A stretch of DNA of 64,000 nt from Candidatus Sericytochromatia bacterium (GCA_963797915.1 CAWCRG010000005.1:14844-78843), one strand, 5' to 3'; numbered from the stretch's first letter, positions 36,542-46,891 are shown. Numbers and translations are program-made. Notes: generated from the letters alone by a model not told the origin.

Positions 36542-38341
36542 GTGTAGAGCCATGAAATGGCTCCGACAATGACGATCAGCATCAAAAACTGAAGAGGCAA
36601 TCCCACTTTAACGTAGTCTTTAAATCGATAGCCTCCCTGAGACATGACCATCAGGTTGACCGGGGAGGCCATCGGCGACGAAAAAGCGGAAGAAGCAGCC
36701 AGCGCCACCACCATTAAAAAAGCCTGCGGAGAAGCGCCTAGACCCTGGGCCAGTTGGAGCGCCACGGGTGCCATGAGAACGGTGGTTGCTGTATTTGAGA
36801 GAATTAAACTTAGCCCTGACGTTAACGCGAACAAGCTCCCCATCACCAGGGTCGGATTTAAACCGCCTAAAAGAATTTTTAGGTGTGCAATACCCATCTC
36901 CATGACCCCCACCTTTTGGAGTGCGGTAGCCATGGGCAACATGGCGGCAATTAAGATCACAGTCTCCCAGGAGATGCTGCGATAGGCTTCCTCCATACTC
37001 AGGCAACGGGTGACCACCAGGCCTGTACTGACCCCGAGAACGACAATGGCCATCGGAAGGCTTCCAAACGTCAGAAGCCCTAGCATCAAGCCAATCCAAA
37101 AAAGGGTCAGCGTCACTTTCTTCCATTGTAGAGGGGGCGTGAACTCAGGGCTGTTGAGCAACAGCAGTTGAGATGATCGTTTAATGGCTTCAAGGGACTT
37201 TACATGGCCTTGCACCAAAAGAATATCGGCAAAACGCAGACTAATATCGGCCAGGTTTTCTTGTATGACTTGATCTAAACGCGTGATTTGCGTGACGTGT
37301 AAATGATAGCGATTGCGAAAGTCAATTTCGGTTAAGGTCTTGCCTATCCACTGACTGCGCGGGAGCATCATAAGTTCTGCAATGCCGTGGTGGTGATGCT
37401 CCAAAATACGAGTCAGTGGTTCTTTCGTGATGGCTTGTAATTGGTTGGCATCAATAAAGGCATGGAGTGCTTCGGGATCTCCCTGCACCAGAATGTGATC
37501 CTGGGCTGAAAGCTGCGTATGGCGGTCGCACCAACCCAAATGCTGGTGGTCATGGCCGGATTGAAAGCAAAGCAGTTGGATCTCAGGCGGTACCTGCAGT
37601 GCTGACAAAGGGCCTTTGAGCAGCGGGCTGTGCAGATTGACCTGAAACCATTGCCACGTTCCTTCGAGATGATAGGTTTGCATTAGGGTCTGCATATCCG
37701 GTGGCGTGTCGGGCACGGTGTCTACCCTGTTTTGCGGGAGCAGCTTGCGCCCAAACGCCCAAAAGTAAAGGATGAGAACGCCCAGTGCCAGGAGCCCCGG
37801 TATTGAAAAAGAGAAAAAGCCAAAAGGCGTTAAACCGGCTTCTTTGAGTGTGGTATTGACCACAAGATTGGGAGGTGTTCCAATTAGGGTGAGCATACCT
37901 CCCACAAAGGCGGCAAAGGCCATGGGCATTAAAAGGCGTCCGGGGTGTAGGTTTACCCGTTGTGCCAGCGCGATGGCTACAGGTAAAAAGATAGCCAGGG
38001 TACCTGTGGAGCTCATGAGTCCTGAAAGGCCCGCCACGGCAACCACCAGCCCCACCATCAGTGGGAGTTCTCGAGAGCCTGTGATACGAAGAATTTCTTG
38101 TCCCATACGTTGGGCCAGTCCTGAACTCTGAATCGCTTGACCCACCACAAAGAGCGCGCTGATGGTAAACACGACAGGATCAGAGAAGCCACTTAACAGT
38201 TCGGGAACGGTCAGTATATTTGCCTACGCCCAGGCCGAAGAGCATTAAAAGCGCCAGTACATCTAAGCGCAGTAAGCTGCCGGCCATCGCCAGAAGGGTG
38301 GCAGCCAATATACTGAGGGTAATGATGGCTTCAGTGGTCAT
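36538..38341 (-). pseudogene. SLC13/DASS-family permease with central TrkA-C domains, frameshifted near 38215
   Basis: The N-terminal piece MTTEAIITLSILAA... comes from the ATG at 38341. The bridging frame reads LTVPELLSGFSDPVVFTI and joins the 544-aa ORF (FTISALFVVGQAI). Confidence 0.8.
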
Positions 38342-38933
38342 GCGCGCTGAGTTTTTTGTGTACCTTAAAAAAGCGGCTAAACGTCGTGATGTGGCAGAGT
38401 ACGCTGAATACAATAGCTAAAATTGCAAACAGATGGGGCCAAATAATCATGCTCAGAAAAAAGAGGATGGTTTCGGTGCCCTCGGTTAAGCCGGCTAAAA
38501 AGTAGAGGTTACGCCCTTCAGGATCGTTATCTTGTGTATTTAACGCGTTATAGGCTAAAAAGCTGCTGCTGGTGCCCATAAAAGCGAACAATAAGCAAGC
38601 GGCCCACATTGCATTTTCGGGTTGGGCAAGGGCAAAGCCAAACACAAAGCCGCCATAAAAGATCAGGTCGCAAACAATGTCCAGGTAAGCGCCAAAGGGC
38701 GTGCTGGAGCTTTGACGGGCCATGCTGCCATCAAGACCGTCAAAAAAGCGGTTGATACAGAGGAGCACACCGGCCAGCGGGTACATGCGCATAGCCAGCG
38801 CCGGAATGCATCCCAGACCGATGATAAAGCCGCTCAGGGTGACCAGGTTCGGGCTGATTTTGAGTTTTAAGACAACCCGGGCGATGGCGTCCAGGGGGAG
38901 CGAAATGAGTGGGCGAACAAAAGCATCTAACAT
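38331..38933 (-). CDS. CDP-alcohol phosphatidyltransferase family protein
   Basis: The family motif DGLDGSMARQ...G..LD...D is present in a multi-TM protein. It overlaps the permease start by 11 nt. Confidence 0.85.
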   Translation of the reverse strand: MLDAFVRPLISLPLDAIARVVLKLKISPNLVTLSGFIIGLGCIPALAMRMYPLAGVLLCINRFFDGLDGSMARQSSSTPFGAYLDIVCDLIFYGGFVFGFALAQPENAMWAACLLFAFMGTSSSFLAYNALNTQDNDPEGRNLYFLAGLTEGTETILFFLSMIIWPHLFAILAIVFSVLCHITTFSRFFKVHKKLSAHDH

Positions 38934-39107
38934 AAGGAGGCCTGACTTGGTAGTTTATGAATGGATCAAATGATTCAGAGGGCTCAGAGCGCTGCAGCTT
39001 AAGCACCGATGCTATTATAGAGCAAAGTTGGGCGACGTCAGGAGCCTCATCTTTAGTGAGCCCTGCCGCCAGCGGGTTTACGTGTGCTTACCGTGTTGCC
39101 AAAAAAC

Positions 39108-39146
39108 AAACATTCTCCCCGTTTTTTGACAGCGGGGAGAATGTTT
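39108..39146 (-). terminator. rho-independent terminator after the tRNA-Ser pair
   Basis: A 14-bp stem (AAACATTCTCCCCG / CGGGGAGAATGTTT) is followed on the minus strand by GTTTTTTGG. Confidence 0.7.
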
Positions 39147-39217
39147 ATTGCGGTGGGTGATTACACTGTAGATAATCACACAGACCGTAAAAGTTTAAAG
39201 TATTTAAAAGGGAAAAA

Positions 39218-39298
39218 CGGAGAGAACAGGATTCGAACCTGCAACCCCATAAGGGCCACTGTTTTCAAGACAGCTTCCTCACCACCCGGACTCTCTCC
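39218..39298 (-). tRNA. tRNA-Ser (anticodon TGA), copy 1
   Basis: The minus strand reads GGAGAGA...GCTGT-CTTGAAA-ACAGT, a long variable arm, then GCAGG-TTCGAAT-CCTGT-TCTCTCC-G. CCA is not encoded. Confidence 0.85.
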
Positions 39299-39321
39299 AT
39301 GAGGAACAAACAAATATAAAG

Positions 39322-39402
39322 CGGAGAGAACAGGATTCGAACCTGCAACCCCATAAGGGCCACTGTTTTCAAGACAGCTTCCTCACCACCCGGACTCTCT
39401 CC
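39322..39402 (-). tRNA. tRNA-Ser (anticodon TGA), copy 2, identical to copy 1
   Basis: It is an identical 80-nt body lying 104 nt upstream of copy 1. Confidence 0.85.
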
Positions 39403-39436
39403 GCGAAAGTAGGTGTGCATGAAACATGCAGACACT

Positions 39437-39465
39437 AATCTAACATAAATAGGTTAAGGAATCAA
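39437..39465 (-). promoter_or_regulatory. putative promoter of the tRNA-Ser pair
   Basis: The minus strand reads TTGATT-N17-TAGATT, about 35 nt upstream of tRNA copy 2. Confidence 0.4.
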
Positions 39466-39599
39466 AGCATATCCTCAGAAAAATTGTGAGCAATCTCCTC
39501 GTAACCAGAGGTGGAGTATGTTAATATTTTCTTAAAGTTAAATTAATGATGTATAAGGCCATTTTTAAGGCCTGTACGTAATGAAAGGAACGCCGTCTC

Positions 39600-39773
39600 A
39601 TGAACACTACTTTACTTCCTACCTCTGGTAACACGCTGGGTATGGACTATAAACACTTTAGTCGTCAATTTGAAACGTATCGTCAAACACACCCAGAATA
39701 TAGCTTTCAGCAAGCAATGGAGGCCTTCTTATTGATTCATCAGCAGAAAAGCCCCGCAGCAAAAGGATCTTAA
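39600..39773 (+). CDS. hypothetical small protein (57 aa)
   Basis: An untracked ORF reads MNTTLLPTSGNTLGMDYKHFSRQFETYRQTHPEYSFQQAMEAFLLIHQQKSPAAKGS. AAAGGAA lies upstream. Confidence 0.35.
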   Translation: MNTTLLPTSGNTLGMDYKHFSRQFETYRQTHPEYSFQQAMEAFLLIHQQKSPAAKGS

Positions 39774-39870
39774 TAACTTTTTAGGTGATTTTGCATAAAA
39801 AAAAGAGCAGTGGGTATAACATAACTGAGACCCAATATAAACAAGTGATTTTAACGACAGGATAAGAACT

Positions 39871-40341
39871 ATGATTAACAGTTCTAATAACACACCAAGA
39901 ATAGGAACCCCGGCTTATACTGAGTCCGCGGGGCCGACTCGCAACCCATCGACTCCCTCTCCTGAGGTGATTGCTCCTCCTGTCGCCCCCACCCCTTTGG
40001 AGGCGCCCACAGAGTCCCCTTCAAGTACTGACAAAGTACGTAAACTGGGGAGCAGTGAGTCGAGTCCTGTTAAAGTCTCTTTTCAGACACCGGCCTCTGG
40101 CTCTGAAAAAAATGACATTAAGAATGTGCCTCGCTTGATTCTCTCACCCTCCGAAAACATTATGGCGCTGCCCGATTTGCCAGCGCCGGATGCCTTACAG
40201 GAGGCTGTCGGCTATTATCAGTCAGCGCTTTCCGCCGTTCAAGAAGGTGCTTTGGATATTGCGCAAGACTTTTTAGCGTGGGCCCGAGAGTTAGACCCCG
40301 GTGCCCCTGACCTTCCCCAGACGCTTCCGCCTCAGCTTTAA
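39871..40341 (+). CDS. hypothetical Pro/Ser-rich protein
   Basis: Support is the ORF only. The composition is low-complexity. Confidence 0.4.
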   Translation: MINSSNNTPRIGTPAYTESAGPTRNPSTPSPEVIAPPVAPTPLEAPTESPSSTDKVRKLGSSESSPVKVSFQTPASGSEKNDIKNVPRLILSPSENIMALPDLPAPDALQEAVGYYQSALSAVQEGALDIAQDFLAWARELDPGAPDLPQTLPPQL

Positions 40342-40346
40342 ACTCT

Positions 40347-41660
40347 TTATTTTAAGACCTTTTCAAAAACGCGCATAAAGTTTCCGCCCAGCACTTTTTC
40401 GATGCGCTCTTCGCTATAGCCTTTGTCTTTTAAGGCATTGACGAGATTGGGCATTTCTGAAGCATCCTTAAGACCCGATGGCGGCGGACGATCAAGACCA
40501 TCAAAGTCAGAACCTAAACCCACATGATTCTCACCCATGACTTTAATGGCGTGGTCAATATGTTTGACCACAGACGCTGTGGTTGCCTTGCCCGTTTTTT
40601 CCAGGTGAGGTGGGTAAAAGATAATGCCTACAGTGCCTCCATTGATTGTGATCAACTTGAGCATATCATCACTCAGGTTGCGGGCACTCTTGAGCACACC
40701 ATCTACACCCGAGTGAGTGGCGATAATGGGTTGTTTACTCTCTTTGATGACGTCATAAAATGCGGCATCTGAGAGGTGAGACACATCGATCAACATGCCC
40801 AGGGTATTCATCCGTTCTACCGCCATTTTGCCAAACTTACTCAGCCCTTTCCAGCGGGGGGTTGCTGGTCCTGAACTATCGGCCATAAGCGTATGTGTAC
40901 TCCATGTGGGGCCAAGATAACGCACACCCTGTTTGTAAAAGTAATTCAGGTTATCGAGACTCTCGCCAATGGGATCTGCACCCTCCATCCCCATTAAAGC
41001 AGCAATTTTGCCGGATTTTATAATGCGCTCAATATCTTCATGGCTGCTGGCCAGCTCGACCCAGTCCTGATTGGCTTCTAATTCTTTTTTAAACGCTTTG
41101 ATAATAAAATCGGCCTGAGATTTGGCCATATTTTTATAACGGTAAGGGTTAACAAAAATCGAGAAGAAGACCACGTTGACGCCCCCAAGACGGAGCTTTT
41201 CAAGACTGACTTGCCCATTGTTGTCCCGCAATTTGATTTGATTTTCGCTAATGAGCAGTGGTGTTTCTACATGGGTGTCTACAATGACCAGGCGCTGATG
41301 CAGCGGTTGATTTGCTGTGTTGGGAAGCAGTCCTGCAGAGCCGGTGGTTGTTGTGCTCTCTGAGCTTGGAGCCGTTGAAGGAGGGGCAGACGGTTTGGGA
41401 TCGGCTTTCAGGGCTTCTTCAAACGATTCTTCGGCGTTATTGGCCCTGTTCTCCATTGCGGGCGCTTGTACTGGAGGATCTAACTCCTCTGGAGCGGTGG
41501 ATGCGTTAAACGTGGTTTCAGCCGGTGCTGTTGCCACAGGAGATGGGGTGGCCACGGCAATTTGTGTGGCCATTTCCTCAGGGCCGGGTGTGGTTAGCTT
41601 GAGTGTGGCGGCGCCAGCGATGCACCCGAGGGCCAAGATCATAAGAACAAGATGGGACAT
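40347..41660 (-). CDS. membrane dipeptidase (peptidase M19)
   Basis: Family motifs are present: VIVDTHVETP, GMEGADPIG, LIDVSHLSD, IATHSG, GLGSDFDG. The N-terminus has a signal/lipobox (LALGC) followed by a low-complexity linker. Confidence 0.88.
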   Translation of the reverse strand: MSHLVLMILALGCIAGAATLKLTTPGPEEMATQIAVATPSPVATAPAETTFNASTAPEELDPPVQAPAMENRANNAEESFEEALKADPKPSAPPSTAPSSESTTTTGSAGLLPNTANQPLHQRLVIVDTHVETPLLISENQIKLRDNNGQVSLEKLRLGGVNVVFFSIFVNPYRYKNMAKSQADFIIKAFKKELEANQDWVELASSHEDIERIIKSGKIAALMGMEGADPIGESLDNLNYFYKQGVRYLGPTWSTHTLMADSSGPATPRWKGLSKFGKMAVERMNTLGMLIDVSHLSDAAFYDVIKESKQPIIATHSGVDGVLKSARNLSDDMLKLITINGGTVGIIFYPPHLEKTGKATTASVVKHIDHAIKVMGENHVGLGSDFDGLDRPPPSGLKDASEMPNLVNALKDKGYSEERIEKVLGGNFMRVFEKVLK

Positions 41661-43199
41661 TATTGCATTTCTCCTGGAGAATCAGAGCTTAGTGGGGCGA
41701 GGGGTTTTTGCCCTAGAATATAGGTGTCGTTCCAGCCAAAGGTTTCAAACCCTTCCTTGGTGATGGTAAATCCGGCGTCTTGAAGCACTTGTTTTAATAG
41801 CGGTAAGGGGTAGGGGCGTATGTGGGTAATATCTCAGCCAAAAACCTTCATGACGGACGGTTTCATTGCGCCAGTTGGGGGTGCGAATCAACAGGAGTCC
41901 GCCTGGACGCAGCACGCGGAAGGCGTTTTCTACCAGGGCAATGGCGCGAGAGCCGTCGACGTGCTCAATGATATGCGAAGCGTGAATGCCCCCCAGGGTA
42001 TCCATTTGAAAGTCACTGAGGTTTCGCTCGTCACCCTCCAAAACATTGAGGCCCAGTTTGTGACACACCTTGACCATATCCCCGTCGGGATCAATGCCAA
42101 AGGCGGGCTGCTGGAGATCGTCGCGCATAATTTCGAGAAATAATCCTGAACCAGAGCCAATATCCAGAACATCCCCAGGACAGTCCTTAAATTCACGGGC
42201 ATAAGTCGCGTGCCAGTTTCGGCGGGCCTTTAACTCATCGCTATTATAGTCGCTGTGAAAGAGGCTGTATTTTTGCTTTCGGCCCTGTTGATCCAGCGCT
42301 TTTGTCTGTTGGTAAGCCGCTTCGCGGGCGGAAAAATCAACGCTGTTAAGCCGTTGATGAAGATGAGCACTCAGGGCTGTGAAAAAATCTGCGCCAGAAG
42401 CCGTGATTTGCGTTTGTGCTGCATAGGGGCCGCCTACGCAGGCTATTCCCAGGGCTCTTGCTTCCTGGGCTTGAAAGAAGGACTGCGCCCACCAGAGGGC
42501 TTTGCTCTGCTGAAGACAAGCGAGGTAGGCCGCTTCACTCAGTGGGCCAATGAATGTGCCAATATTCAAAGCATCCATGTCAATCGAGAGGGCCTGGGTG
42601 CTTTTTTCCAGGCTATCTAAAAGTAAGACTTCTGCCGCCTCGGCTGCATCCGCCTCGACATCCAAATGAAGGGCAAGCATGACAGAAGAGGCACTATCCT
42701 GAGTGCTCAAGTAGTCCGTCAAGATCTGATCCAGCTCGGTGAGCTGACGAATACTACAAAAAATCATGCTCTCGCCTTCGAGGGCAATAGGTAGCTCCGC
42801 GCTGCTGCTTAAGGCTGCTGCCTCGGGGGTGAATCCTTCAAAATTGACGAGTTTCTCCGGTGGGCATCCCAGCTGCAGGTATCGCGCATGGTCTACTGCA
42901 GAAAAGCTCCAGACTTCATCGTAGTCGCTCGTGGGAAGATGATCGGGCTGGCAGAGAATATTCCATTGCAGCGGATGAGGGATATAATTTTCGATCAGCC
43001 CGTGAAAAACTTGAATCCGTGGTGTGTAGAGGATTTTAGAAAAGGTGCTGTAGAAAGTCTGCCATGTCTCAGAGGCTTCTCTTAACGGGCGGGTGCTTTC
43101 TGCCTTGAGTTCATGTTCTGACAAAAGCGCTTGAAGTAGCTCGCGGTCAAAGCGATTGGGGGCTTGCCGGGTCGGATCAATAAGGTAGCGAATGCTCAT
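41660..43199 (-). pseudogene. class I SAM-dependent methyltransferase with a large unknown N-terminal domain, frameshifted near 41834
   Basis: VLDIGSGSGLFLE and RPGGLLLIRTPN are present. After HEGFWL another frame continues DITHIRPYPLPLLKQVLQDAGFTITKEGFETFGWNDTYILGQKP... and ends in a TAATG overlap with the dipeptidase start. Confidence 0.75.
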
Positions 43200-43257
43200 G
43201 AGCGGACTCCTAAAGGATGGGGTACGAAGGGGGTCAGTAAAAGCATTATATAAAAAA

Positions 43258-43443
43258 TTAAGAACCTTTGCGGGTTCGCAGGTAAATCGATAGGCTTAAG
43301 AGGCCCAGCGGTAAAGGGATAAGGGCATATACCTCAAGACCAGGAAAAGCAAAGCGACCGATGATATAAATCAGGGTTGCGACTAAAAAACAAAGGAGAG
43401 GAAGCCAGAAAGGAATCTGGCGCGGGTTTTCAAGATCAAACAT
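43258..43443 (-). CDS. small two-TM membrane protein
   Basis: It is a 61-aa hydrophobic ORF directly downstream of the ferredoxin gene. Confidence 0.45.
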   Translation of the reverse strand: MFDLENPRQIPFWLPLLCFLVATLIYIIGRFAFPGLEVYALIPLPLGLLSLSIYLRTRKGS

Positions 43444-43737
43444 TTACTGCCAACTCTGTTGATGGTGATCGAGGTAATCCGGGTGATCTTCAAAAAAATC
43501 AGCATTGGTGGCAATCGCGTGCTGTTGATGTTCGGGTACTTCATCAATGCGATAAATCGCCTCCACCGGGCAAACCATTTCACAAGAGCCACAATCAATG
43601 CACTCTTGCGGATGAATAAAATACTGCTTACTTTCAGGATGGGTATAAATACAATCCACCGGGCAAACTTTTAAACAGCTCTTGTCCATGACCTCTATGC
43701 AAGCATCGGTAATAATATAAGGGCGAATACTTGACAT
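43444..43737 (-). CDS. ferredoxin (FdxA-like, [3Fe-4S][4Fe-4S] type)
   Basis: The cluster-binding motifs ITDACIEVMDKSCLKVCPVDCIY and CIDCGSCEMVCPVEAIY are present. Confidence 0.88.
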   Translation of the reverse strand: MSSIRPYIITDACIEVMDKSCLKVCPVDCIYTHPESKQYFIHPQECIDCGSCEMVCPVEAIYRIDEVPEHQQHAIATNADFFEDHPDYLDHHQQSWQ

Positions 43738-44955
43738 TTAAGCTGAAAAAGCAGCCTTAACCTCTGCTTCCTCTAGACCATGTCCACCATGAAGGAGGAG
43801 GGGTAATAGCCGAATTTTGGGATCGCTTAAGGCTCTGGCCATAAAGGCGAACTGTAGCGGTTTCTCTTCGGGCTTGAGCAGGGTTTCGGCAATAATATTG
43901 CCGTTACTGCTATCGATTTGTAGCAGGTAAGGACTAAATAAGTTGGGGCGATTTCGTGACACGACGGTGAGCAGAGAGCGCCCATCAGGACTTATTTCAA
44001 AAAGGTCCTGAGGATCGGTTTGTCCGCTAAAGGCGCTGCCTTCCAGACTAAAAACGGCTTGTTTATCGTGTTTCTGGGTATCCAGCACCCAGATTTCAAT
44101 CTGCTCATCCAGGACCACATAAACGTATAAAAGGTCGCCGCGGTTGGACAGAGCCAGATGGCTAACGATGCCCGGCGTATTGACTGCAATACGTTTTTGC
44201 GCCATGGCGCGATCAATAATGTGAAAGCCTCCCTTTTGGTAGGTGCTGACATAGACCCGCTGACCGTCAGGGTGAAAAATACTTTGTAAAACTTTTTTAT
44301 GCGGGGGTGTGGTCAAAGGCCATGAACGAAGGATTTTGAAGGGTTTGCGTTGAACGAAATGGAGCTTTCCTGCGCTGCGATCACCCACAATAAAATAAGG
44401 GTGTTGGGGGGACACGGCGAGGTCGTAAGGGCGCGAACGTAGGTTTTCAAGGGGAATACGGGGATCTATCCACTGCTTGCAAAGGTAACTGTGGTGGGCT
44501 GAGAGTCCACGCGGCATCGATCCCTGTAAAGGTGAAAAAGGCAAGTAGGCGTAAGCCGTGTTGAGACGCAGTCCCGCGTGGGGAATGTCTCGTGTGCTTA
44601 AAATATCCTGAGGTATAAATTGCTTGCCTTGAAGGTTTAACCCCATGACCTGGGGACCATTAAAGTGCGACCAATTGATTAAATTATCTTGCTTTTGCCC
44701 GGCTTCTCTGGGCATTTCAAGGGCTTCTTCGATATCGTTTGTATAGGGGTTGACCATGCAGAGGCGGCTGTTTTGAAGGCTTATGACTGGCGAAGGACTC
44801 CGCTGCTCTGCCTTTTCAGCACTGTGGCGTGCCAGCTCAAGGGCCTCTTGAATCGCGGTGGTCGGTAAGCGATTCGAAAGGACTTCTTTTAATCCCTCCG
44901 CTTGCTTTTGCAAGTCTCCCCGCTGTTCAAAGCGTTGATATTGTTTCCAGTGCAT
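43738..44955 (-). CDS. hypothetical protein, possibly a beta-propeller
   Basis: It is a long ORF and I recognise no family. I preferred the ATG at 44955 because it leaves an 85-bp divergent intergenic region. Confidence 0.55.
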   Translation of the reverse strand: MHWKQYQRFEQRGDLQKQAEGLKEVLSNRLPTTAIQEALELARHSAEKAEQRSPSPVISLQNSRLCMVNPYTNDIEEALEMPREAGQKQDNLINWSHFNGPQVMGLNLQGKQFIPQDILSTRDIPHAGLRLNTAYAYLPFSPLQGSMPRGLSAHHSYLCKQWIDPRIPLENLRSRPYDLAVSPQHPYFIVGDRSAGKLHFVQRKPFKILRSWPLTTPPHKKVLQSIFHPDGQRVYVSTYQKGGFHIIDRAMAQKRIAVNTPGIVSHLALSNRGDLLYVYVVLDEQIEIWVLDTQKHDKQAVFSLEGSAFSGQTDPQDLFEISPDGRSLLTVVSRNRPNLFSPYLLQIDSSNGNIIAETLLKPEEKPLQFAFMARALSDPKIRLLPLLLHGGHGLEEAEVKAAFSA

Positions 44956-45040
44956 GGGCCAGTCCTTTCTGCGAATGCCTGAGATGACGTATTCAGTATA
45001 TAATGACATACAATTAAGGCTGCGAAAGGCAAATGACAAG

Positions 45041-46417
45041 ATGAATACTTTGCAACTCGCGCTGTGGTTGGGTATTTTACTCTATTTTGGCCTGCTTTTG
45101 TTCAAGGTACTGTATTGTTTGCAAAGCTTTCCGGCCCTGCAGCGCCATGCACGTCGCTTACGCACCTTTCGTCACTTAGAGGCCATTGATCAAACCTCGC
45201 TAACCCCTCTGAGCCTTGTTTTGCCACTGTCTCGCCTATCGGTAGCCAATGTCATGCAGTGGCTGGCGTTGGATTATCCTGATTTAGAATATATTTTGGT
45301 TCATGACCAGGTGACACCGCAGGTCATGCTCACCTGGCGAGATCGTTTGCATTTAAAACCCACCGCCCGTTTTCCTGTGGGAGATTTAAATACGGCGGTC
45401 ATACAAGGGGTTTATCAGGGAGAAGACAACCCGCGTATTTGGTTTATTGATAAAGCCCCCAGTCATTTAAGTGATGCCTTAAATACCGGGCTTAATTTTT
45501 GTCAGACGCCCTTAATTGCGATTGTTTCTGCTGAAGTGTATCCCGAACCCGGTATTTTTCAGCAAAGTGCCCGCATCTTCTTAGAAGACAAACACGTCTG
45601 GGCTGTGAGTGGTCGCATTCGCTCTCATGAACATCCTGAGCGTCGAGAGCCAGCCCTGCCGAGCTCGATCTGGGGTAAGTTTGAGGTGATTTACGAGCAG
45701 TTTCAACAATTGCTACAGTGGGCATCCTATGCCGCACAGCGTGAGTTTTACGAGATCTCTCCTTTGTATAGCGTTTTTCGCCGTTCAAACCTGCTGGAGT
45801 CGGGGGGCTTTACGGGACAGTATCAGAGCTTTATGGTGGATATTGTGCGCAACCTCAAAGCCCTGGCTAAAAAGCGGGGTCAGCATTTCTATTGCCATTT
45901 TTTACCCGATACGCTGGGCTGGAAGGTCGCTGCGAACAGTCGTAAGGACATGCAGCATTTTTTTGTTTATCATCAACAGGTGGCAAAGCGTCTCTTGCCT
46001 TTAGATATTCCGTTGAGAAGCCGCTTGCATCGGCGCGCGTATTATCTGCTGTTTCCCTTCAGCTTTTGGCTTGCGATGCTTAGTGCTGTAGGTCTTGTTT
46101 TTTTGCATGTGAGCTATTTGCTGATCTTTCCGGCGATTTTTTTGGGGCCGCTGGTACTGGCTCTGCTGGCCCTGCGTGCCAGTGAGTTTTCATCGCGCCG
46201 CTATGCCAGAGAAGAATTGCTTGTGCTACTACAGTCTGTATGGAAATTTCTTTTACTTTGGCCCGCCTTTGTGTTCTCACAGCAGTTAATCGGTTGGTTT
46301 CGCGGCCCACAGCCTTTGCGTGAAACTTCTCGTGAGGCCTTGCTGAATCCCTCTCCGTTACGGTATACCGCTCCTCTTGATCTTGATCGACTTGAGGATT
46401 ATGAAAAGGGGCTGTGA
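45041..46417 (+). CDS. membrane GT2-like glycosyltransferase homologue with degenerate catalytic motifs
   Basis: The ATG is at 45041. The GT2 backbone is present (LDYPDLEYILV, DALNTGL, FRRSNLLESGGF), but DxD is replaced by SAE and Q/RxxRW by QQVAKR. TM helices lie at the N- and C-termini. Confidence 0.6.
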   Translation: MNTLQLALWLGILLYFGLLLFKVLYCLQSFPALQRHARRLRTFRHLEAIDQTSLTPLSLVLPLSRLSVANVMQWLALDYPDLEYILVHDQVTPQVMLTWRDRLHLKPTARFPVGDLNTAVIQGVYQGEDNPRIWFIDKAPSHLSDALNTGLNFCQTPLIAIVSAEVYPEPGIFQQSARIFLEDKHVWAVSGRIRSHEHPERREPALPSSIWGKFEVIYEQFQQLLQWASYAAQREFYEISPLYSVFRRSNLLESGGFTGQYQSFMVDIVRNLKALAKKRGQHFYCHFLPDTLGWKVAANSRKDMQHFFVYHQQVAKRLLPLDIPLRSRLHRRAYYLLFPFSFWLAMLSAVGLVFLHVSYLLIFPAIFLGPLVLALLALRASEFSSRRYAREELLVLLQSVWKFLLLWPAFVFSQQLIGWFRGPQPLRETSREALLNPSPLRYTAPLDLDRLEDYEKGL

Positions 46418-46465
46418 TTTTTTTTGCCGTGATAGGGGTATAATAGACACCAGAGGAGTTTTTTT

Positions 46466-46891
46466 ATGAATAGGCCCATTACTTCAACCCCCACCCCCTA
46501 CAGCCCGACGCCCCAGAGCGCGAGCCGCTCTTCTTCCGATGTGGCTTCGCCGCGTCCTGCTGTCGCAAACGCGGGCGCCCTTTCCTCGGAGTCGCCCGCT
46601 GCGTCACCCGCTGCGTCGCCTGCAGATCAAAGCACTGTTGCTCAACACGCGGATTATACTTTCTCGCAAGAGGCCGTTCAGTTTCCCGAGGCCCCCGAAG
46701 CAAAAGAGCTTACTTATGCCGGACTGGGTGAAATAATGGGGGGCATTGCCGCGCTTTTTTCGGGCGCGCCTTCGGCATCTTTCTCGCCGGTGATTGAGCA
46801 AGCTCAGAAAAACCTGGCGGAACGCCGATCGCCTCAACCTCCACCGGTCGAAGTGGACACCGCTGCTTCCGATAAAAAGCTGCGGGACTAG
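46466..46891 (+). CDS. hypothetical Ala/Pro/Ser-rich protein
   Basis: The ORF has a GAGGAG SD, and a TATAAT-like box (GGTATAAT) lies upstream. Confidence 0.45.
   Translation: MNRPITSTPTPYSPTPQSASRSSSDVASPRPAVANAGALSSESPAASPAASPADQSTVAQHADYTFSQEAVQFPEAPEAKELTYAGLGEIMGGIAALFSGAPSASFSPVIEQAQKNLAERRSPQPPPVEVDTAASDKKLRD

Noticed and set aside
36620-37126. Long antisense or alternative-frame ORFs inside well-supported genes, e.g. 36620..37126, 29378..29855, 59330..60037, 32864..33172 and 41317..41763
   Set aside because: They lie within or opposite conserved genes and have skewed, low-complexity translations. They are expected by chance in GC-moderate coding DNA.
38934-39107. The 170-nt spacer after the CDP-alcohol transferase start, considered as a possible small RNA (SRP, 6S or RNase P)
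   Set aside because: None of the conserved motifs of those RNAs is present. Only the tRNA terminator hairpin at 39108-39146 is convincing.
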